A DNA stretch of 32,000 nt from Balneolaceae bacterium UBA7797 (GTDB lineage: Bacteria; Bacteroidota; Rhodothermia; Balneolales; Balneolaceae), in NCBI GenBank assembly GCA_002480645.1, contig DLCN01000003.1:276355-308354 (forward strand), written 5' to 3'. The notes under the pieces are model-generated. The model saw only the letters and a program-made list of their open reading frames with translations, made no database searches and was not told the DNA's origin. The position numbers and the translations under genes are program-made. Position 1 is the stretch's first letter; each line of letters begins with the position of its first letter. Positions 22,895-31,028 of this stretch are shown in pieces.

Positions 22895-25800
22895 TTATTT
22901 TATGAGAGTGAATCGTTTAACGATATTCTTTGAATCGGTAACCAATCGATAGAAATATACACCACTTGCCAGATTATCTGCCCGGAAGGTAACTTCATAT
23001 TTTCCGGGGTTTTTGATCTCATTTACCAGTGTTTTTACTTTCCTTCCCAGAATATCATAAACAATCAGAGATACATTGGTATTGGTATCTACTCCATAGG
23101 GTATGATAGTGGAAGGGTTGAACGGATTAGGGTAATTCTGATCGAGGTATACTTCGGTTGGTACATTCGATTCTATCTCTTCCGTACTGATCTTCAGGGT
23201 AAATCTGGTCGATTTGGAATCAGCTTTCTTCATAATAGAAGAACTTTTATACCGGGGATTAGCTGAGTATAATTTTGTTTTGGTTGTATGGAAGAAGGTA
23301 TAGGATAATTCTTCCATTACATTGATCTCGGTACCGGTATCATTATCAACGAGAGTGATCACCCAATCCGCAGGGATATTTCTCAACCCACTCCACTTAA
23401 TGGTCATTTCTCCGGAGTACGGATCTCCTCCTTCGTAGGCATTAAGCTGAATCGGGATAAAATACCGGCTATCAAAATCGAATGGCAAGTTGTTGATCGC
23501 TAATTCAGTACCGTCATCAAGGAGTGTGTAAAATTCAATATGCGAACTGGACAAGGGGAGAAGTCGGTACGCATCGTAGGTATCTTTGCCAGTAGCAGCC
23601 TCATCAGAGAACATGATATTGGTTCTTTTAGAACGACCGGCATCAGATTCGACCATTAATTGAAGGATAGGTATACCGGCGATCTTCTCTTTACTCTTTG
23701 TGGTATCCTGTGATTGAATGTCATCGGTGGATGCAGTTTTTCTCATAAAACTACCACCGGTGGTCTTGGCCTCTTTCTTAACTTTAAGTACCGGGCTATT
23801 GCCATTTGCTTTTACCCAGAAGCCCTGGAATGGAGCGATCAAACCACCGCCCGGATGTGTTCCCGTAACTCCGTTCCATGTCAGATATTCGCCACTGCCA
23901 CCGTTAGCTGATGGATCCCAGATATAAATAGTTGATTCAACATTGGTCTTCGTCCAGTTCGGTGAATCGTCCCAATCGATGGTTGCCAGATATGGGTTCC
24001 CAACCAGGTTCCAGCCGGAATCGGCCGAAGTGGTGTATGTGATACCAAAATCAACTTCAGCACCATCTCCTCTGAAAGCACGTCCTTCAACATCTAAGGT
24101 ATCCGGAAGCGGGTCGTTGTAAAGTGGGTCGGCAGGAATATCACCAAACAGATAAACGAACATACCCTGACCTTCAGTAACTTTTTGGGAAGTACTGGTT
24201 GGAGTACGGTACCGCTGATTATCTGTTCCGGCATAACTTTCTACATAGGTCAACACATTTGGTTGGAGAGTGTCTCCCGGGTTTGAACCTGTGCTGTAAA
24301 AAGCTCCGGAATAACCCTGAGTTATGATTCCATCGAGAAAATCTCCATACGTGGTATCCAGCGGGGAAGATATGATGCGCCATCCGCGGGATCCCTGGAA
24401 TCTGCGTTGCATTCGCACCGTTCCGGTACCATATAACTCATAATTGCTTACTAAGTTTGTTCCGCTTGGCATGAACAGGGTGCCCGAGGTAAGCTTCAAG
24501 GTGTCGTTAACGATCAGATTACTGAAGAAATCAGCACCGTTAGAATTATCGAGTTCAAGGTTGGAGTACTCGTTCGGACTTGTAACATCCTGATTGGTGG
24601 TTCCATTCAGGATCACAAAACCGAGTGTCACATCAGAAACATCAAAATTACCACCTATCGACAGAGAATCTGTATTACTGCCGGTTATTGAACCACCGCC
24701 GGAAGCTTTATCAGTTACTACAAAATGAATTCCTCCTGAAACAGTAACGGAAGCACCGGATTCAATTGATATCAGCTCGATGGTTGTATTTGTTGAGCTG
24801 ATCACCGGTTGTTCATTACCAACAGATGGATTTGCCGGAATAAGGATCTTATCGCCGGATACAGGGACACTATTTGTTGACCAGTTGGAATTATCATCCC
24901 AGTTTCTGGCATCGGTAACGGTACCAACCTGAGATTGCCATACATTATCAAATTCAGCGAATTCTACGGTTGCCTCGTCGTTTATGGCGCCCCCGTTCAG
25001 CGTTCCGGAAATAGTAGCAATTCCTGCAGCGATCGATGAGGTTAAAGTGGCAGAGTAAGTACCATCACCATTATTTGTTACTGATCCGAGTGTGCCATCC
25101 GTAGTTGATAGTGCAATGGTCGACGGGCTGGTTGTTAAATTGTTCTCGTAATGATCTTTAAGCTGTACGGTAATGGTTGAAGTTGAGAAACCATCGTTTT
25201 GAATGATCGTGGGATTCGCAGTGATAGTTGTTGTTGAAGCATCAGCTGACCCCGGACTTACAACAAAGGTATTACTTGTACCGGTTTCAGATCCTGAGGA
25301 ATTCGTTGCCGTGATAGTACAGGTTCCCGTACTGGTGATCATCATCGATTTTGGAGTGAGCACGCCACTCGTAAATGCTGCTGAGGTTCCCTGGCCAACA
25401 CCAATATCACAGTTTGAAGTAACCACAACGGTCCCTGTAAAGCTGGTTACGGTATCCTGAAGCCCATCTGCTGCAATTATACTGATGTTAAATGTCTGTC
25501 CGGCTAATTTATCAGAGATATTACCGGAAGGTACCCGCTGAATAATAAACTGTGTAAGCTCGCCGGCAGTAACTACATCAAACTCTGTACTTGTTGTATC
25601 TGTAAGACCGGAACTCGAAGCTGTAAGTGTATAAGTACCGATTGCATCCACGTTGATGTCGTCGAATTCGGCAATACCGAACAGATTCGTTTGTTCAGTT
25701 GTGGTTCCTGCTAAACTGCCTGATCCGCTTACCTGATTGAGAGCCAGACTGATATCGACCCTGCTTTCCTCTACTGCGTTTCCATATTGATCGATCAGCT

Positions 25801-28800
25801 GAACTCGTACATTCGGAGTAATTGTACTGCTCTCATTAGATGTGGATGGTTGCTGATCAAATTCCATGGATACCTGAGTACCCGGAACCATGGTCAACGT
25901 ACCATAATTGGTGGCACCACCCAGACCGGTAGTTCCCAGGTTTACGATATTACCGCTGTTTGGCAGAATACCCGTGGTAGGGCGTACCCTGAAATCAGCA
26001 AAAGTAATTTCTGCAGGATTTGTAGTCGATTCTCCCGAAATCGTAAAGGTGATCTGAGAACTGGAACGGCTGGTAAGTGAAATAGTCAGATCGGTGCTGC
26101 CCCCAAAAGCAGAAGCCACCGTAGCCGATGGGGCTGACCCGCCGGTATCCCATTCAAATCCTGAAGGAGCTTTAAATATAAATGTACCACCGGTGCCGAA
26201 TTCACCGATGAAGCTTTCCTGAACCCTTGGTCCCGTAAGCGTGGTATAAGTTACATTGGCATCATCTGCTGAAATTGCTTCACCACCGGTTGCAGGCGTG
26301 AGTGTACGAATGGAAATGCCATATTTGGTAGAAAGGTAATCCTCGATCTCCATTTGTTCATCAAGATCAATATCTCTGCCATAAAGTACCATCTCAGAGA
26401 TCAATCCATCCCAACTGGTATTATTATCTTGTGTTCCCTGCCCGATTATAGCGGTTGAAACCTGAGTTAATACCCCGGTTGGGATATTTTGAGAGAAAGT
26501 CGGATTACTTAATACACCATCAATGTACATCTCGTAATTCTCCTCCGAGGTCCAACGAAGCATCACGATCTGACCGACAGTGGTTTGTGCACTTTCAAAA
26601 CTCTCGAGCGAAAAGGCCGGATTTGTACCCAGATCACGCATACCAACGGTTATTACATCATCAGAACCACCATTGTCTCCGGTATCGTCATATCTGATGC
26701 TGAAGTATTGATCGATCCCGGAGGCGTCAGGGGTATAGGTTGTCCAGAAACCCCGATCTGTATTGATAACATCCGATTCTATCACAAAGAAAATAGTAAG
26801 CTCATCCAACCCGCTCAGGTATTGAGTTTCTGCATCCGAATCTTCCAGTCGTACATTTGAACCTCCGCCCGGAAATTCAATACCATTCTGATCGTTAATG
26901 GAAGACTGTGCCGTTTGCAGGATAGGAGGAGTAGCTCCGGAAGTGATGAAATGATTTGCATTTCCACTTTGATCTTCCCAGCGACCTACATCATCACCGT
27001 TTCCACTGGCGGTGGTTCCACCGGTTGTTGTGTACGTTCCGGCATCAGCTTTTAACCAGACCAGCAGATCGCTTACCGATTTCGGGATACTGAAAGAAAT
27101 GTTTCTCGTCTCAGTGTTACTGTCATCTGTTCCATCATTAACCGTGATACTTACAACACGGGGTTGATCGGTTGGGGTGGTGATCGTATTCCGATACATC
27201 ACTGTTTGTAAGGCGGATTGAAAATCTGATTTAGAAGCTGGCCCTGTCAGAGTTAAAGTACCTGTTCCATCATTCCAGCTACCTGTGATCCCAAAGATGG
27301 TTGTAAACACCAGAGTATCTTCGGCACTGTCATAATTGGTGGTAATCTGAAAGGTAGCCGTCTCAATATTTGTATCATCCGGATCGGTTAAAGTGATTGT
27401 TTCAGTAACTGTGGAAGAATCACCGGATTGATAGAAAATGGTCTCCGTTTCAATATCATCCAATATAGGCGCAGTATTTACGCTGGCTACAGAAATGTCT
27501 CTGGTAATACCCGTTGCACTGCTATCAGTTCCATCATAGATACGGTACTCAATAGTTCTGTCGAGCGAGGTAACCGGATCAGAACTGGTATTTTCGTAAG
27601 TAACAGAACGAAGTGCAGATTGATAATTGGCAACCGTACTGGTTCCTGTTAATGTGAGGATCCCGGTCATGGCATCAAATGAACTCGTGATACCGAAAGA
27701 ATCAGTGAAATCAAGTTCATCTTCTCCAAGAAAATAATTGTTTATAAAACTTACTGTGGCACCTTCCAGGTTGGAATCATCGGAGTCGGTTGCAACGATG
27801 GTAGCAGTGGTGGCAACAGCACCATCACCTTCAGTGTATGCAAGTGTTGTGCCTTCAATAGCAGAAAGGACCGGAGCCGAATTGCTACCCTGAATCTCTA
27901 TATCCCGGGTAATTGCCCCACTGGATCCATCCCAGTCATAAGCGGTAAAACTGATCTCACGGGTTGTTTCGGAAGGACTGGTAGCATCTGTATTCTGGTA
28001 AGTGACGGTACGAACTGCTGTCTGATAATTTGAGAGGGTGGTAGTACCACTGAGTGTTAATATTCCGGTGGTTCCATTCCACGAACCGGTTATGCCCAGC
28101 ATATCTACAAAAGCCAGGACATCTTCGGTGGCATCAAAACCGCTTGTGATGCTTACACGGATTGAGTCAAGATCCGTATCGTCAGCATCGGACACTGTAA
28201 TTGAAGAGGTGATCGTTGTTGCAGCATCGCCTTCATTGTAGGTAAGTGCAGTGTCTTCTATATCAGCGAGAACAGGAGGTTCATTGAACCATTTTTCACT
28301 CAGATATCCGTATATATTGGTGAAGTCGGAAGAAGAAAAAGCTGCATTCCAGGAAGCAAATTCAGCAACATATCCATCGAAGTTATTCGTTCCGGCAGGG
28401 TTACCTCCCAGTGTAACGGGATCCACGGTTCCGTTCTCTTCACCAATCATGGCTCCACCGGCATGTGCCTGCTGGACATCAGCGCTGGCCAAAGTGGTAA
28501 CGGTGCCTCCATTTATATTTGCTTCCCAAACTCTTGAAGCTAGTGTTCCGGAGGTGGCATCATGACTTGCTAAAATAATATAAGACGAATTAGGTACAAC
28601 AGTTCCCAGGTCAATGGATTTATACTGATTACCTGATCCCCATTCCGCATTATTCCATACAAATGCATATGCATTTCCATCTTTAATACTGATCTGATAC
28701 CCACGGGTACCACCCCCTTGCTCATATACCATTTGCAATCCGCTTACGCTGGTTCCGGTTCTGAACATGATCGCAAATGATTTTTCCGTATAGCTGGCTG

Positions 28801-30931
28801 TATTTAACAGGGCGTCATTGGGAGGATCGATATCGTCGGTAGAGCCATCAAAATAGAGCGCACCACGATCGCCAAGATAAGTTGGGTCGAATAAAGGTTG
28901 ATCGGATGCGGTTCCCTGAGTAGCGGTGAGATCGGTCGAGCTTCCACCGGCGTTATCGGAGCGGTCGCCCCAGGAAGACAGATTTGTAGCTGTTCCGGGT
29001 TGATCTCCGGTATCCAGATCTCCATCCACATCCTGGGCATCATAGTGGAATACTCCATTAGATTTATAAGTTGCCAGATCAGAAATAGCAGTTGGATATT
29101 CAATATCTCTGGAAACGGTGGAACTGGTTGCCGTTCCGTCACTTGCACTAAATGAAATTGTACGGGTACTCATGGTTGGAGAACCACTCACATTTTCATA
29201 GGTAACCGTTCTTAGCGCATTCTGGTAGTTGGATACCAGTGTTGATCCTGTAAGTTTTAAACGACCTGTTGTTTCATTCCAGGATCCGGTGATCCCATAA
29301 GAATCGGTGAAATAAAGCGTGTCTTCGGAGGAAACATATCCGGAGGAAATCTGAACAAAAGCACTATCTAAAGTTGTATCGTCGATGTCATCAACTTCCA
29401 GCGTATTACTGATCTGTTTTTGTCCGTTTCCGGCGTAGTAAATGATCGAAGTTGATTCAATATTAGAAAGAGTAGGGGCATTGTTAACTTTGGTAACCGA
29501 GATATTCCTTGTCCTGGTATTACTGTCGTCTGTGCCGTCATTAACGGTGAAGCTTATGGTTCTGGTAAGTTCTGATGGCGAGCCACTGGTATTTTCATAG
29601 GTAACACTGCGCAATGCAGTCTGATAATTTGCCAGAGAGGATGAGCCGGTTAAGGTTAGAATGCCGGTTGAAGAAGCGTAGCTGCCGGTGATCCCTAATT
29701 GATCTACAAAAGCAAGCTGGTCTTCACCCGCAGCAAAATTCGAAGTGATCTGAATAGTAGCACTTTGCAGGTTAGTGTCATCTCCATCTTTAACGATGAT
29801 GGAAGAAGTAATGGCGGTAGGTGAATCTCCCGAATTATAGGCAAGTGTGCTGCTTTCAATATTACTTAATACCGGCTCTGTATTGATCAGAGTAATAAAG
29901 GTACCCGGACTACTTTGATTATTATATTCGGTAGCTACCCAATCGGCACTACGCGTTACATTCGAAATTCGTACCTCATCCATTCTTCCTTCAAACGGAT
30001 AAGATGGGGTGGTTAGGTAGAGTGGGTCATTATTAGTATTAAAAGAAGCAGCGGAATTATCACTTGCAAGTACTGCACCGTTCTTGTAGATCACACGATC
30101 GCCATTCGAAGCCCTTGTAAAAGTGAGGTAGGTCCAAACGTTACTACTTAACTGGAAGAAACCGGAAGCCAGAGCATCATTATTTACCTGATAGGCGATC
30201 CTGCCGTAAACATCCACCCAGGTTGAGTATCCATCTGTATAATCACCTTTAGTGACAAAATCAGGACCTTCATTTCGGTTTGTAATATTGACCCAGAATG
30301 AAATGGTGATATTCCCTGTAATATCAAGTGGTGAAACACCAGCATCTGCCACGGAGATTATATCCCCCTGATTAGTACCAAACTGACGGGAGCGTGCGAT
30401 CTGACCCGCAGCATCCGACGTTCCGCTATCGGTAGCGTCGGTGCCTTCACCGGAATAATCGTCGGTGTCGCCGGTAAGGTGAAGTACCATTTTATAATTT
30501 GAGTCCCATACGTTTACCGTGGATTGATCGGTTGAGATGCCGGAATTGCCAAAGTGTATATAAAATTCGGTATCGGTAGTGGGAGAGAGTGTTGGAAAGC
30601 GAACCCAGGCTATGAGTTCACCGGTAGTTGCATTATAAGATTCAAGCTGATGGCTTAACAGGGTGGAACCGTTGGACGATGTGAATACAATATCGTAGCC
30701 ATTTGAATTCTCAACCAGACCACCGTTTGCTACTGTTCTGAGGTCATTATTAGTTAGGCTTACAAGCACAGGAAAGTTACTCAGATCAGAACTTCCAGAG
30801 ACCTGAGAAGAATTAACCTGAGCTTTTAAACGACTTGTGTAGCCCGTTAATTGAGCAAATACATTCTGCTGGTAAGCAGCCAGCATTTGTACTACAATTA
30901 TTAAAAATAATAACTTGAAATACCGCCTCAT
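22895..30931 (-). CDS. Giant T9SS-sorted surface adhesin: DUF2341-LamG N-terminus, 5 cadherin-like repeats, 2 further LamG-like domains, Ig-like (Big) domains, conserved tail and Por-type C-terminal sorting domain
   Basis: 2678 aa in an uninterrupted ORF with a signal peptide (..QNVFAQ). DUF2341-like: SDLSNFPVLVSL...GYDIVFTS...ELIAWVRFPTL...EFYIHFGN. LamG-like: MVLHLTGD...ISFWVN...FEGRMDEVRISNVTRSADWVATEYNNQ. Repeats carry LTLTG..NYQ.ALR.VTYEN. Invasin-like Ig domain: STTTITANPTIIQNDGFSTSTITVQLKD. The CTD ends NYPNPFNPST...VYDILGRKVKTLVNE...GVYFYRLVTDSKNIVKRFTLIK. Confidence 0.9.
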   Translation of the reverse strand: MRRYFKLLFLIIVVQMLAAYQQNVFAQLTGYTSRLKAQVNSSQVSGSSDLSNFPVLVSLTNNDLRTVANGGLVENSNGYDIVFTSSNGSTLLSHQLESYNATTGELIAWVRFPTLSPTTDTEFYIHFGNSGISTDQSTVNVWDSNYKMVLHLTGDTDDYSGEGTDATDSGTSDAAGQIARSRQFGTNQGDIISVADAGVSPLDITGNITISFWVNITNRNEGPDFVTKGDYTDGYSTWVDVYGRIAYQVNNDALASGFFQLSSNVWTYLTFTRASNGDRVIYKNGAVLASDNSAASFNTNNDPLYLTTPSYPFEGRMDEVRISNVTRSADWVATEYNNQSSPGTFITLINTEPVLSNIESSTLAYNSGDSPTAITSSIIVKDGDDTNLQSATIQITSNFAAGEDQLAFVDQLGITGSYASSTGILTLTGSSSLANYQTALRSVTYENTSGSPSELTRTISFTVNDGTDDSNTRTRNISVTKVNNAPTLSNIESTSIIYYAGNGQKQISNTLEVDDIDDTTLDSAFVQISSGYVSSEDTLYFTDSYGITGSWNETTGRLKLTGSTLVSNYQNALRTVTYENVSGSPTMSTRTISFSASDGTATSSTVSRDIEYPTAISDLATYKSNGVFHYDAQDVDGDLDTGDQPGTATNLSSWGDRSDNAGGSSTDLTATQGTASDQPLFDPTYLGDRGALYFDGSTDDIDPPNDALLNTASYTEKSFAIMFRTGTSVSGLQMVYEQGGGTRGYQISIKDGNAYAFVWNNAEWGSGNQYKSIDLGTVVPNSSYIILASHDATSGTLASRVWEANINGGTVTTLASADVQQAHAGGAMIGEENGTVDPVTLGGNPAGTNNFDGYVAEFASWNAAFSSSDFTNIYGYLSEKWFNEPPVLADIEDTALTYNEGDAATTITSSITVSDADDTDLDSIRVSITSGFDATEDVLAFVDMLGITGSWNGTTGILTLSGTTTLSNYQTAVRTVTYQNTDATSPSETTREISFTAYDWDGSSGAITRDIEIQGSNSAPVLSAIEGTTLAYTEGDGAVATTATIVATDSDDSNLEGATVSFINNYFLGEDELDFTDSFGITSSFDAMTGILTLTGTSTVANYQSALRSVTYENTSSDPVTSLDRTIEYRIYDGTDSSATGITRDISVASVNTAPILDDIETETIFYQSGDSSTVTETITLTDPDDTNIETATFQITTNYDSAEDTLVFTTIFGITGSWNDGTGTLTLTGPASKSDFQSALQTVMYRNTITTPTDQPRVVSITVNDGTDDSNTETRNISFSIPKSVSDLLVWLKADAGTYTTTGGTTASGNGDDVGRWEDQSGNANHFITSGATPPILQTAQSSINDQNGIEFPGGGSNVRLEDSDAETQYLSGLDELTIFFVIESDVINTDRGFWTTYTPDASGIDQYFSIRYDDTGDNGGSDDVITVGMRDLGTNPAFSLESFESAQTTVGQIVMLRWTSEENYEMYIDGVLSNPTFSQNIPTGVLTQVSTAIIGQGTQDNNTSWDGLISEMVLYGRDIDLDEQMEIEDYLSTKYGISIRTLTPATGGEAISADDANVTYTTLTGPRVQESFIGEFGTGGTFIFKAPSGFEWDTGGSAPSATVASAFGGSTDLTISLTSRSSSQITFTISGESTTNPAEITFADFRVRPTTGILPNSGNIVNLGTTGLGGATNYGTLTMVPGTQVSMEFDQQPSTSNESSTITPNVRVQLIDQYGNAVEESRVDISLALNQVSGSGSLAGTTTEQTNLFGIAEFDDINVDAIGTYTLTASSSGLTDTTSTEFDVVTAGELTQFIIQRVPSGNISDKLAGQTFNISIIAADGLQDTVTSFTGTVVVTSNCDIGVGQGTSAAFTSGVLTPKSMMITSTGTCTITATNSSGSETGTSNTFVVSPGSADASTTTITANPTIIQNDGFSTSTITVQLKDHYENNLTTSPSTIALSTTDGTLGSVTNNGDGTYSATLTSSIAAGIATISGTLNGGAINDEATVEFAEFDNVWQSQVGTVTDARNWDDNSNWSTNSVPVSGDKILIPANPSVGNEQPVISSTNTTIELISIESGASVTVSGGIHFVVTDKASGGGSITGSNTDSLSIGGNFDVSDVTLGFVILNGTTNQDVTSPNEYSNLELDNSNGADFFSNLIVNDTLKLTSGTLFMPSGTNLVSNYELYGTGTVRMQRRFQGSRGWRIISSPLDTTYGDFLDGIITQGYSGAFYSTGSNPGDTLQPNVLTYVESYAGTDNQRYRTPTSTSQKVTEGQGMFVYLFGDIPADPLYNDPLPDTLDVEGRAFRGDGAEVDFGITYTTSADSGWNLVGNPYLATIDWDDSPNWTKTNVESTIYIWDPSANGGSGEYLTWNGVTGTHPGGGLIAPFQGFWVKANGNSPVLKVKKEAKTTGGSFMRKTASTDDIQSQDTTKSKEKIAGIPILQLMVESDAGRSKRTNIMFSDEAATGKDTYDAYRLLPLSSSHIEFYTLLDDGTELAINNLPFDFDSRYFIPIQLNAYEGGDPYSGEMTIKWSGLRNIPADWVITLVDNDTGTEINVMEELSYTFFHTTKTKLYSANPRYKSSSIMKKADSKSTRFTLKISTEEIESNVPTEVYLDQNYPNPFNPSTIIPYGVDTNTNVSLIVYDILGRKVKTLVNEIKNPGKYEVTFRADNLASGVYFYRLVTDSKNIVKRFTLIK
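22898..23155 (-). other. T9SS (Por) C-terminal sorting domain of the giant adhesin
   Basis: The last 86 aa carry the canonical NYPNPFNP...I.Y.L......V.L.VYD.LGR.V..L......G.Y...........GVYFYRL motif set. Confidence 0.85.
27089..28282 (-). repeat. Cadherin-like ~130-aa protein repeats R3-R5 inside the giant adhesin gene
   Basis: aa ~884-1281. Same unit as R1-R2 (e.g. ILTLTGTSTVANYQSALRSVTYENTSSDP and TLTLTGPASKSDFQSALQTVMYRNT). Separated from R1-R2 by a LamG-like domain. Confidence 0.8.
29096..29878 (-). repeat. Cadherin-like ~130-aa protein repeats R1-R2 inside the giant adhesin gene
   Basis: aa ~352-612. Each unit has P.LSNIE...Y..G....I......D.DD..L.SA..QI.S......D.L.F.D..GITGS......G.L.LTGS....NYQ.ALR.VTYEN.SGSP...RTISF...DGT. 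Confidence 0.8.
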
Positions 30932-30960
30932 CGAATAATCTCACCTTTAATTTGTACTGT

Positions 30961-30968
30961 AAAATATA
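30961..30968 (-). promoter_or_regulatory. Weak -7-box-like element (TATATTTT) upstream of the giant adhesin gene
   Basis: On the minus strand TATATTTT has one mismatch (final G to T) to TAnnTTTG, 30 nt upstream of the ATG at 30931. Confidence 0.2.
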
Positions 30969-31028
30969 GCTAAATCAATGAGCTTGGCTTGATAATTAGC
31001 CAATTCTAATTTCAGCCCTTTAAATCAG

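Noticed and set aside
27089-29878. Periodic ~390-bp repeats as a CRISPR array or satellite
   Set aside because: The repeats lie in frame within one long ORF, are divergent at the DNA level but conserved at the protein level (LTLTG..NYQ.ALR.VTYEN), and have no short identical direct repeats with unique spacers. They are protein domain repeats.
30984-31003. Inverted repeat TTGGCT-N8-AGCCAA between the two T9SS cargo genes as a terminator
   Set aside because: It is only a 6-bp stem with no following U-tract on the minus strand. It may be incidental or a protein-binding site, and the evidence is insufficient.
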